Below, piece after piece: positions 1-11,155 of a stretch of 64,000 bases of DNA; within the stretch, counting starts at the first letter, position 1, and each line of letters opens with the position of its first letter. Origin of the DNA: Lepidodermella squamata (Eukaryota; Animalia; Gastrotricha); the NCBI GenBank assembly GCA_047495785.1, contig JBLDXI010000015.1, positions 3,968,001-4,032,000 on the forward strand, read 5' to 3'. Under the pieces are notes generated by a model, which saw only the letters and a list, made by a program, of their open reading frames with translations, was not told the origin of the DNA and did not search any database. Position numbers and translations under genes: made by a program.

Positions 1-69
1 AGCGTTTTATTCGCGTGCCAGCCCATGCGGATGCATTGCTGATAGGGCGCCGTGCATGGTGTACACTTA

Positions 70-1228
70 CTAGCCGGGGCCTTTGCGCAACTCCTCGCGA
101 CATAGAGACACGTCTCGCCGATCGACAAGGTGAATAACTCCAGGGCACGGCGAGATGAACAGCGTTGAGGTAAGTCAGAGTCCTTACCCTCACATTTAGG
201 TTGGGCGTGAAGGTTCCAATTTACGAAAAAGTCCATATGCCCAACAGCTTCATCCGCACCTAGATCACCCAGACTCACCACACTGTCCCGCTCATTACCA
301 ACTGAACCACCTGTTGTAGTGTGGATCACATCCACCTGCCCAGCATCGGTCTGATCCAAACATTGATGGCCACATCCCTTAGGCACGGTCGGGTTTAACG
401 CGCTTATCCTGGCGAGCGGTTCGTGGAATGAATCCTGAAGTTGGGCACAAATGTGAGCTCCGATATCAACGCCGATACAATGAAGACCAAACTGCGGCAA
501 AATTGTGTGGCGCTTGTTGTAGAGACGATGCAAAAATTTACCTAGAATTCTTGGGAAAGAAATTCGATTAATAATTGAAGAAAAGATTTTTTATAATTTT
601 ACCTTGCTGCGACTCGAGAATTGCTGAAGGCCGTTGAAGCTCTGCGTTTAAAATTCGCATTGCTGACGACGCTTGTATAACCGCCGAAACTACCTCCCCG
701 CCAGTCGACGACTATAACGTTACATTCACATCTGTAAACCATTTTCCGGGCCAGTTCGATGACCAAGATATTGGCGGCATTCATGCCAAATCCGTGGACG
801 AACACCTTCAACGGCCGATCGTCCATGAAATTAACGCTCTCAGCCGTGACCGGTAAATCTTCGACCGTCGACGACTCGGGGGTGTACAGGTAATACCTAA
901 GCGGCATTCCAACGGGCGGGATGGGTAACGGTAGACCGTTATAAGGTGGCTGGTCGTTCGTGAAGCAAATGCCATCTGCGTAACAAACGCGCCGGCTTTT
1001 GCCCGTGTTAACATCGGGCGTATCGTCGAAACGCTGCCCGAGCCCGGCTACGTTCGTGCCGCTGCTTCTAGCGGTTTTATCCGCCGACGATAATCCACGT
1101 GGTTTGTCCCGGGGCGATTCCGAGCCGATTAACTCGGTGCCTCCGCCTTCGTCCGGGTACAGTTGATTGAGACACCCTGCAGCGGGTCTGATGATCGCAC
1201 TTGAAATAAGCAGAATAGTAAACAGCAT
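70..1228 (-). CDS. Secreted pancreatic-lipase-family protein, probably catalytically inactive (exons 1228-603 and 549-70; may continue past the window edge)
   Basis: Signal peptide and lipase motifs VFVHGF and CNVIVVDW. A 53-nt GT-AG intron (602-550) joins VAAR to ILGKFL. Exon 2 reads LHCIGVDIGAH...ISALNPT...VDVIHT...VGHMDFFVN...CSSRRA. The TAG at 72-70 overlaps a GTAAGT donor. Confidence 0.85.
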
Positions 1229-1964
1229 AATTCTACGAATAATAGCTACAATTTGAGCGAATAATAAGGCCCACGCTTGTCTGGGAAAAACGACGCCGCT
1301 GCTAAAACTTTGTTGTTTTAGTTAAAGCCGAAAAATTCCTGGCATTTTGTGTGTGTGTGTGTGTATGTCTTCTATAATATTGTGAGCAGCATCTAGCTGT
1401 ATACGTTTTGGAATATAAGTAAGGAATGAAATGTAAGATGATAACGTTATTATAATATTTGCGTTTTATACTGTGATATATACAGATACTTGAAATTTTC
1501 GTAAAATAACACAGCTTTGATTCAAGACTTGCCAAATTAGCATGTGCGCAGTCGCTTTGGCGCCAAAACAAAAAGACACGCGCACGCGACCAAAGCGCGT
1601 CTTTGTGTTTAACGTATTAGGTATAACCTACTCGAGATATTGAATAATGACTGGCTCGCGACTATGGCGAGACAAAACATCACAACGGCGCCGGACGGCA
1701 ACATCCGCCGGTTCTAGAAAATGTCGGATTGATAAACGTGTCCTCATTGCAATGCATTTTGAAGGCGAATCATCGTTGAAAAATGTTAAACAATTACGGC
1801 TTGAAACGTTTTAAATTTCAATTGATTAACCATAAAATCATTTGAACCAAAATAATGGCTCATTTACTTCTATAGAAGAATGTTTTCTTTCCATAACAAC
1901 CAGGCAGCTGTAAAGATTTCTTGGGGAATAATCCCCTATTATGAATTCGAGAATGCTATTGGAT

Positions 1965-2880
1965 AGATTCGAGGCATATTGCAATAGCTTGATCTCCATG
2001 AAGACATGTTGCTGCCACGCCGCGATAAAAGTTAGAAGGGTTGCCAGCCTGAGCCAATCAATGCCAGTTGGTGAGCGAGGGTAACAGCCAGCCGAGCCCG
2101 GTCGCCCCGAAAGGGTGCCCAATCGCTGTAGCACCGCCATTCACATTAACACGGCTCTCCCAAGCAGGTATAGCAAGCTCTTTGATCACGACAAGGGTCG
2201 TGCAAGCAAAAGCTTCATTGATCTCCCAGGAAATCGATCGATTCGATCGGCCAGTCGGTTTTAGATAATGCAAGTCGGATCGCTGTAATAGGCTCAGTTC
2301 CCATCAAATTGCATTGCCCAGCTGATTGGCCCATCGTTCACCAAGAAATCAACCAGGGCCATATTCCCAAATTTAGCTATATGTCAGGTAGATTTGTCGA
2401 ACCTCCTTTTTGAGGAGTTCTCAGCCTTATAAGATGAGATGCCTTGGCAAATAAACGACAAATCATTCTTATTTTTTGTTGGCAAAATGTCAACCGACCT
2501 GGCTTACACTTTCCATGCCACCCGAAACAGTGACGACTGAATCTCCACAGCGAATACTTTGAGCAGAATTAACGATCGCCTTCATTTTCCAGACTCACAG
2601 ACCATGTTAACCGTATAGGCTGGTATACGACACGAAAGGCCAGCTAGCGAGCGCTATTCATTCCGCATCCTTCGAAAATTCGTGTTTTTCACTAATTTTT
2701 TACTAAAATTTCCATAAGACATGTACCTGCTGAAAGGACCTGTCCGAATGTTACTTCAGAAATATCACCGGGTGAGAAAAGTGGCTGCGCATCCTTAAGG
2801 ACAGCGATGAGACATACAGCGCCGAGTTGAGCCGCAGATAGATGCGAAAGCCCGCCGCAAAAATTGCCAACCGTCATTCA
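1965..2880 (-). pseudogene. Thiolase pseudogene, an inverted and internally deleted copy of 23670-25155
   Basis: Fragments VGNFCGGLSHLSAAQLGAVC and [21 protein letters not shown]...GHPFGATG are nearly identical to the intact gene. Frameshifts are present, much of exon 4 is deleted, and intron positions are retained. Confidence 0.9.
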
Positions 2881-3096
2881 TTTCAAATAATGATAATAGG
2901 TAATAATAATTTTAATTCTGAAATTGAATAAAAATGTTAATAAAAACAATGCCAGGAACAAGCATTGGGATAAAAAATAATAAAAAAGTTTCAACTTGTG
3001 ACCTTCTTTAATTAAAGAATACAAATTGTCACCTGAATTCCTCAGATTCTTGAAGTATACATGCCTCTGAAATTTTTTTTTTACAATGGTAATATA

Positions 3097-3269
3097 CAGT
3101 GGAACCCCGATTTCCCGTCTGACGGGAAATCGCGATATGTCAATATTTAGGACCGACTTGGACCCGCAGAGGGCATTTACACGCCAAACTGCCTGGATTT
3201 TCCGTCAATTTGAATTTCCCGTCGGGATTTTCGTGGAACCGCAAAAGACGAGAAATCGGGGTTTCACTG
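3097..3269. mobile_element. Tc1/mariner-pogo-type MITE (173 bp)
   Basis: 24-bp terminal inverted repeats CAGTGGAACCCCGATTTCCCGTCT / AGACGAGAAATCGGGGTTTCACTG (2 mismatches), flanked by TA on both sides. Confidence 0.85.
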
Positions 3270-3728
3270 TATAGACTTCGAATTATTCCTCCTGGGTTAA
3301 TGCCGTTTTATTCTCGCTGAGCTTCTCCTCATTTTTATGGGATTTCATCATCTATTGAGGTTCAAGAATGGCCGGGAAGAGTGGGCTAGAAACCACAAAA
3401 ATGTTGCCTTGACTGGTAGAACGAAAACCTACGCATCCTTTTAAATTATTAGCCTCCTATGAGTCAAACATGACCATACCATACAATACACGCGCAGCTA
3501 TTTGACACGCATGCTTTTTTACAACAGCGCACAGCGACATTTAGGGCGGAAAATAGGTAATAAGGGATCTAATGTGAACGTGCTTAGCATTTTTCATATG
3601 CCAGCAACTTGCCGAAAATCAGAAATAGTATAACGGATGAAATGACACCAACGTAATATCTACATGCTTTGAATTAAAAAATCGCATGATAATAGGCCGG
3701 CGCAACATGCCCGTGGGAGAGTATACCC

Positions 3729-3736
3729 TATAAATA
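3729..3736 (+). promoter_or_regulatory. TATA box upstream of the alpha/beta hydrolase
   Basis: TATAAATA about 55 nt upstream of ATG 3790. Confidence 0.5.
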
Positions 3737-3789
3737 GGGGCAACGGGTGAATTATCCTTTCATTTTTGTTTGTTTCAAGTTTTCATATA

Positions 3790-4737
3790 ATGGGCGACAA
3801 TGGCATTATAGTTAAGCGTAGCGAGCTGCATCTAGCCGATGGCGCCACGCTCGCCTACCAGTTGAGGAATCTCGCTACACCGGATCCTGCAAAACCGACG
3901 GAACGAATTATCTTAATTATCGGGGCACTGTCGTGTATGCGCCATTTCGAAGAACTATCCGCGGCGATCATCCAACATTTCCGCAACAGATTCAACGTTG
4001 AAGTTCTCATCTACGACCACCGCGGCATCGGCCATTCAAAACTTCCGAAGGGGCCGGTTAAAAAGCAGTCGACGGATCTGCTAGCTCGCGACGCTCTTGC
4101 TTTGGTTAACCACGCGTGGGGTTACAAAGCCAAAGTCCACGCGTTTGGCGGGAGTATGGGTGGAATGATTGCGCAAAAACTTGGCGTTTTTCTGGCAAAG
4201 GAAGACCGATTAGCCTCTCTGGCACTTGCCGTGTGCGCGAAGACGCATCCGGCTTACAAATTTAGAAATGCGCCATATTTTCTGGTTCAACGCGAAATCC
4301 ACAAGTACAACCGCAACTATGACCATGTGAAAATGCTTGAAAATATACTCATGCCTCTGTGCTTCAATCGAGAAGATTTCGCCGATATGGGCGATGAAGA
4401 ATTTAAGGAGCTTTACGACAAGTGGTACAAAACTTGGCTCAACGACTTCGATACGTGGTGGCACCGGGCGGATCCGGAAATTTGCGCGGCTCACATTTAC
4501 GCAATGATTTCACACAGATTCACGCAGAAAGAGGCTAATCACCTGCATGGACAGCGCGTCGCTGTATTCATATCACTTCGTGATCAGTCTTTTCCTGTTA
4601 CGGCAGAATACGATCTGGCTAAAATGGTCCGTGCCTCTGCCATCTTTACAGCGCCGCAAACACATGCTCCAATGAATGGCAGAGTGTTTAAGCAGATTTT
4701 GCAACATTATGACATGGTCTTCAAAAACGAACAATGA
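3790..4737 (+). CDS. Intronless alpha/beta-fold hydrolase (Abhydrolase_1/6-like)
   Basis: YDHRGIGHS motif, nucleophile elbow GGSMGG, candidate acid (RDQSF) and candidate His (THAP). Uninterrupted ORF. Confidence 0.88.
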   Translation: MGDNGIIVKRSELHLADGATLAYQLRNLATPDPAKPTERIILIIGALSCMRHFEELSAAIIQHFRNRFNVEVLIYDHRGIGHSKLPKGPVKKQSTDLLARDALALVNHAWGYKAKVHAFGGSMGGMIAQKLGVFLAKEDRLASLALAVCAKTHPAYKFRNAPYFLVQREIHKYNRNYDHVKMLENILMPLCFNREDFADMGDEEFKELYDKWYKTWLNDFDTWWHRADPEICAAHIYAMISHRFTQKEANHLHGQRVAVFISLRDQSFPVTAEYDLAKMVRASAIFTAPQTHAPMNGRVFKQILQHYDMVFKNEQ

Positions 4738-5708
4738 TAATATCGCGAAGCGAACAATGATTTACTGTAATATGAAACCTGAACGAAAGGCAGAACTTTT
4801 GCAGTAATTATCAAAATGTTACAAATTTTGCCTCTACCTTGCAATAAACAATAAACAAGTTTCGGTTATCTTTCGGTTGAATGCTCCTTATAAAGCATGC
4901 GAACACGATTGAAGATGGTTGATGATTTTCCGATCGGGTGATCAGAAATTTTTTTGAAAAATTGCGAATCGATGAGAATGAGGAGCGGAATGAGGTCGTT
5001 GGAAAAATGTTTAAAGTTTTTTCTGCTAAAGAAAAAATGCCTCAAATTCGATGAATTATCCATGAAATCATTGAAACAAAAATCTCTTCATTTAGCATTA
5101 CAATTAATTTTCAAATTATTTAATTTGTTATGTTATTTAATTTGAAATCTCTGGATTTCACTGATTTTATACTTTTCTCTGATTTTCCTGATTTTATGCT
5201 TTTTTACAAGCCAAGTACATTGTCGTTAAATGCACCAAATTTATTGCTTCTATTGGCCAAGTTGACCTCAAGTGGGCCGGAGTTTGCGAAGGATTTCCGT
5301 ATTGCTGAAGTGAATGTCCCTTCGAGGAGGCCGCGGCCACAGCCGGCGCACTCGGGATCAGCCTTAAAAATGTTTTTTTTCAAAAATTAAGCGCCCTTAC
5401 AGAGACTAGAAAAATTTGAACTGGCCTTGGAAATCATTTTGAGAAACTTTAAACTTTAAACATAAAGCCAATTGAGTGGCCACGCATGAGTGACCGTATA
5501 TGAATGCTCTAAAAAGGGCATTTTCAAGATGCATTCAGTAAAAACAGGACGAAAAACCAGACATAAAGTCATTAGATCGTTTATTTTTTAATGGACCGGG
5601 TGTCAAAAGTATTTATTAAATTATAAAGTTGTTCCGTCATACATGAGTGCACAATTTTGTAATCACATTTTATACACATTATCGGCAGCAAAAAAATATC
5701 AATTCGAT

Positions 5709-6311
5709 CTATGCTTTAGCCACGCTTGAAATTCGAGCGAATTGCTCCCGCCGGCATATCAACCGACAAACTTCCTCCAGCTCGTAATACTGAGCTTTAA
5801 GGAGGCTTGTTTGGTCCTCTTGATCGAGCCGCGCCAAGATAGGCGCAGTTGCCGGAATATACGACCCGAAAACGTTGAGATCACGAGGCATCTGCGATCC
5901 AGCCAATTGGCACAATTTTCTAGCAAACGCCAACCCGTTGCACTGCCAGATCAGCAAATAGACAGGTGAAGCCTTCCGATCTACAGATTCGATTATCGAT
6001 TTGAAGCCTGGCCATTTAGAACCGGGAGCGCCGTGCCAGAACAACTCGGGCGTGACCTTGACGTACCGCTCATCGGTTGCTGAATAATCGAAGAAATTTC
6101 CGCATTCGTCGCCCTGATTAGCCAGATTGACAATCAAAGGACCGGGTTGATCGAGCCCGCGCCGCAGTGCGGTTTCGAAACTGATTTCACTGAAGCATGA
6201 CCGGCCCCATCCGACAAGGTTGAGTTCGGCTTTTAAGATACCATTTAACAGCTCGATTCCACGATGCCTCTGTTCGTCTGACACAGATAATTGGCAGTAA
6301 TTCACTTTCAT
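5709..6311 (-). CDS. Hypothetical 200-aa protein with a possible caspase/metacaspase-like fold
   Basis: Clean ATG-initiated ORF in AT-rich flanks. The motifs LIVNLANQG and VYLLIWQCNG echo the His-Gly and Cys strands of caspase-fold proteases. Confidence 0.6.
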   Translation of the reverse strand: MKVNYCQLSVSDEQRHRGIELLNGILKAELNLVGWGRSCFSEISFETALRRGLDQPGPLIVNLANQGDECGNFFDYSATDERYVKVTPELFWHGAPGSKWPGFKSIIESVDRKASPVYLLIWQCNGLAFARKLCQLAGSQMPRDLNVFGSYIPATAPILARLDQEDQTSLLKAQYYELEEVCRLICRREQFARISSVAKA

Positions 6312-7651
6312 TAATTAATTTCTGAAAATCTAGAATTGAGGCAAAAAAAATTCTGTTTATTTCTGAGCGGTGGTAAAAATTATCGTAAATGAGTCGTGAG
6401 ATCAATGGGTGCTTCAAGGTGTTTTTTGCACGCTATAATAGGTAGTTTGTTTTTGCGACACGCATGAAAGGACAGCGCCGGTTCAAAGCGGCCGTGTTTG
6501 TTTTTTCAAAAAGTCACCATGCGTGCGCGTTCATTCGCGCCTGCTGAGTGTCTCTCGAAGCCGCGCGCGCCACCGCCATGTGTCAAAAATGTGTATGTGT
6601 GTCTTCTTCACCTTCTAATGCTGCTATCGGCGAACGGGCATCTGCTGTAGAAATTCATAATGTCGGAGCGGCGGAATACAAAGCCGATGAAGGCGGTTGC
6701 TAGCGGCGTCGCAACCGCATTTAAAAGCGATTCAAGCACCGGTCGATGACGGCGATTAGGCCGGCTATTATCGCGCCGATTTCTACCGCTTACTCGTGTT
6801 TCTTTGTCGGTCATCATCGCTATTGTTTCCACTTGACCACGCCGTCGCCGCTCTCCCACTCGAAAACGCACCTGTGATGACAGCAATATATCGCAAGTCT
6901 ACTAAAAAATGCCTATACACTTAGGAATGTTTGTACAAAAGTGGCAAAGCGCAAGAATAATATTAGCTTTCCGTATTTTTTCGCCGCAAACGCTGATGAT
7001 TAAGTTGGCGCAGTACCAAACATCAGTTTTTATCGATGTTTTTCGCGAGTATCCGGCCCGTCGTTGTAATAATAAGCAGCTCTCCGGTTGACATTTGAGA
7101 GTCGCTTATTTTTGAGTGATCGCTTAGGCGTCGATCGCGCAATTATGTCAATTTAGCGGCGTCTTCATGATAAAAAAAACCTGAAAATATATCCAGAACT
7201 CCATGCGCATTAAAATGCATTTTTTCTACATAAAGACGGGCACATTTAAATGAAGAAAAAATGAATGGAACGAGTTTGAATTAAATTTAACCTTTAAAAT
7301 GTTATATTTGCGTGCAGACTCATATAATTCCGCAAAAAATGATGAATGAGAGAAATAAAAGATTCATTAGTTTTATGATTTTTCGTGTCAATCTCACCCC
7401 GGTAATGGCTTGTTCCGAGTCCCAAGTGGCGTTTTTGACGCGATTTATGCAGTCTTTAGCGAGACTGCGATCTGTCATGTAATCCAATCAAAATCAAAGA
7501 GGCGTCCATCTGGCTCGCAGTTCAGACAATAATTTTGATGGCGAAAATGTTGGTTCAGCCAAATCGTTTGGCAAATCAATCAAGTAAATACTCACCCCAG
7601 TTCAGTAGGTTTTTAGGAAATTTTCTAAATTTTTTCTAAATTTTTCTATAG

Positions 7652-7953
7652 CTGTTGTATCCAGGGCAGCTGTTGAGAATGAGTCGGGCAACTACCAGGA
7701 TTCGCTGTGTAGTTTTGCGGTGAATGACGCGTTCTATCGGCAGCCTGAATTGCTGTTCGACTTTAAAACCGCCAGATCTGTGACGAGGTCGTGCTGCGAC
7801 GGACCGCAGGCTGGAATTCGTGTTCTTCTGATTGCCCTCTTCTTCATCTCCTGCGTCACGACTGGAGCTGTTTTCTACCTATGTTACTGGGTCAATTCGT
7901 ACTTGCCTAATCTGGCCGAGACGGCAGCTCAGCTCGCTCTAGCCGATCATTGA
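7652..7953 (+). CDS. Terminal exon of a small membrane protein (upstream exons not resolved)
   Basis: Polypyrimidine acceptor TTTTTCTATAG ending at 7651, then an open frame ending in a hydrophobic segment (VLLIALFFISCVTTGAVFYLCYW). Confidence 0.45.
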
Positions 7954-8858
7954 ACAAAATACTGCATTTTTTAACTATCCCTCTTTTTAGCTTCGATCAA
8001 TATACTATTAACTCCGATTTTATCTTGTCGAAATCCGTAATAAAATTGAAGAAAATTCAATATCAGGATTTGTGTAGGGTGCAGGCGATAGCAGTATCGG
8101 ATCGTTTTTAAATTGTCAGGAACAGGGAACAAAACTAATTTTATCGGTATGAACTTTGGACCGATAGATCCATATAAGAAAAAAGTCTAGCTTGCGAAAA
8201 ATATTTATTTTATTTGTTAGAGCACCTCATGAGAGTGTAGGAATCATTTTGGAGAGCTCTTCTAATGACATGAGTGACAGCAGAAGGAGAAGATTTTTTT
8301 ACACATTATTTCCAATTTTCTAAAAGTCAAATTAACCTTTTTATATTTCAATGCTGGTCTCGTGAAAACGCTGCGTTGATTGCCTAAGGGTATCTTGCTA
8401 CGATTTGTAAAAAAAATAGGAATAATAGCACCAGAAGGCAATTTATCCTCTCCTAGGTAAATATTCAAGATAGCTCGTAGTCTGCGTTTTTTTTCCTGCA
8501 ATGTTATGATACAGCCGCCTCATTTGCCGGTCAACGCGGTCAATGGTATAAAATTCGCATTATCACTTACTTTATAGCAGGATATTACGCGTCTTACCTT
8601 AGAATAAGGAAAAAAATACAAAGCTGCCATTATTTCATTTGCTGATACTGTATGAAGAATAACCTGAATGCAAAACTGCCGTAGCGCCTCTAAAACTCAT
8701 CATAATTACGCATGATATACCATGCATTCTGTTCGAAATAGCACATTTCCACTAATAATATGTGTTTTTAGGATTAGGATAAATAGATCAGATGGTATCA
8801 ATGATCAAAGAGGATGCCTCAAACAGACAATTATCGTCGAGCTACCGGTAGCAATCGA

Positions 8859-11084
8859 ATGTTAAATTTCGTAACATTATCAACAGTTTTCTTCGGAATC
8901 GTCTCACCATGCCACGTTGTATCGTTTGACAATGTCGACCTGAGACTAGAATCACAAACAGCCCTAGCTACCTATCGCTGCTACAACGAAACAATTTTCG
9001 GCGATGGAGAATTCTCAAAAACGTGCTCCTGTTCGCGATCATGCACGCTGTACGAAAATTGCTGCACTAAAACGTTCGATGAATTTTCCGAACAAGTCCT
9101 CGCTAAAATTTTCGCCTGGCCTATGCTTGCTGTCCGAACCGCTATGAAAAACAGCTCGGTGAAATGCGTTAAACCTTACGAAGCAATACCAGCCGGTGAC
9201 GTGTTGAAGTTCTCCAACGAAGTTCCCGCTTTTATCCAAGCTCCGATATGCAAAATGCCTGATGGTGAGACAACAATGGCGCCGAATTCTCTTCTAGCGA
9301 GATGGCCAGTTTTCGAAACTCGAACGGGAGTTTTGTTCAGGAATATCGACGAGGCGAGGTGTACAGGTCGGAAGGTGCGAAAAATCAACAACAGCACATT
9401 CGGCCGGTCCTCAGAAATTCAATACTGGCCGTCATTTCGCGTTATCTGCGACGGAAATCCTGAGTTGGAGAGCAGTTACGAAAATTTCGACCCGTTCGAT
9501 GCGTACCAATCTGCGAGTTTCGAGCTATCTGGGGTTGAAGCCGGTTGCCGAATCGAATTATTCGAACCTCAAAACACGACATTCTCATCTTTAATAGCGT
9601 TTTGTGACTTCGAACAACAGCTGATGATATCAGAGTATGCGGATTTAAAAAACTGCTCGCAGGTAGAATTATTTAAAATTTATTTTCGATTTTCGAATTT
9701 TATTTTTAAGGTAAACAACAAAACGACGAAAAAGCCGCTGGTGAATGGTGAAGTTAAGATTCGTTATCTGATGAGTTTCCGAATGCTGATGGACTTTTCG
9801 GTCGATCCAAGTGAATCAACTTACACACTCGGTGACGAAGATGACATTCCGCTGAAGCAAATTGTTTATCGATACATGGCTTTGGCCTGCATGTCACTAT
9901 CTATTGTCTCGTTAGCTGTTATGTTGCTGATTTATTCGTTATTCAGACAGCTTAGAAATCTGCCTGGAAAAGTGACAATGTGCCTGTCTTCATCTCTTAT
10001 GGTCGCTCTTATCGGTTTCGCAATTGGCGTTCTCGGCATTCCTAAAATTTGGTTAGTTTCCACTTGAAAAATCCTCCTTAATCATGAGATTTTTCGAATA
10101 ATTATTCTCAGGTACCCAGTGTGTTTCTCAATCGCTGTGGTTTCTCATTTCTGTTTCCTGGTCTCGTTTTTCTTCGGCACTTGTCTCGCATTCGACATTT
10201 GGCGAACCTTTTACAAAGAAACGAATGATACCTTCTTCGTAACGACAAGTGCTGACAAATTATTTCTACGTTACAACCTATTTTCATGGGGCTGTCCTAT
10301 TATTGTTATCACTGTGGCTGTCTGCGCCGATTTGATTCCTCAATTAGGTCAAATTCTGCCCAGGCCAAGTTATAGTGCGCAGCCTAATAATATCGGCCCG
10401 CCGTCATCAAACAGCACGTGGGTTTGTTGGATAATGAATAGAAACGGGGTCATGGCCTACTTCAACACCCCGATTGCTATCAGCCTAGCATGCAGCATCA
10501 TTCTCTTCATAATGGCCATAGTCCTTATCGCTCGAGCTTCGATAAATTCAACAAAAGTTAACGCACGCGGGTCTGGGGTTAATCTTCGCCGTCGACTTGT
10601 CATCTACCTTAAATTATCGACTATAATGGGCTTGACGTGGCTGTTCGGTCTAATCGCCGCTCTTGCTCAGAGCGAAATAATTTGGCTGGCCTATGCCGGG
10701 TGCAACGCTCTGCAGGGTTTCTACATCTGCCTGTCGTTCGTATGCACCCGTCGAGTGATAAGAATGTTGAAATTGTGGCTGAGTGGCGGGCCTCGTGATT
10801 ATTATTCACACGGCCGCAGTTCTGTCTACGGCTCATCAGCCTCCGCGATTTTCAGCCAGCAGCAGTTAATGCTGAGACGTCGATCAAATCAAGCGTCTAA
10901 TAGTTTGCAGGATCTTCACAGCACCGATTCATTTAACGGCAGGAATAGGCAGGCGTCTAGTAACAGTTTCAACCGAAAAGTGATCGAAAATATCAGCAAA
11001 ATCGGTAGCATTACAGAGGCCGATGTCGAAAGACCGCTCAATTCACCTGGGAACCAAAGAAATGAAAGTATTGAGATGGAATAA
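8859..11084 (+). CDS. Methuselah-like/adhesion-class (secretin family, 7tm_2) GPCR with a somatomedin-B-like Cys-rich ectodomain
   Basis: Signal peptide from Met 8859 and CSCSRSCTLYENCC. Family motifs LRNLPGK, HFCFLVSFF, SWGCP, CWI, IMGLTWLFG and NALQGFYI. Introns at 9663-9710 and 10052-10111. Confidence 0.9.
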
Positions 11085-11155
11085 AAAGCTAAGGATGAAA
11101 TGCATGATTTATTCGAAAAGAATTATTATTTTTAATCCCGGAACCTGTAGAAATT

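Noticed and set aside
1348-1366. (TG)n microsatellite
   Set aside because: Short and unremarkable.
6600-7600. Short ORFs at 6608-6886 and 6909-7091
   Set aside because: No motif or consistent exon chain. They may be UTR or upstream exons of the 7652-7953 gene.
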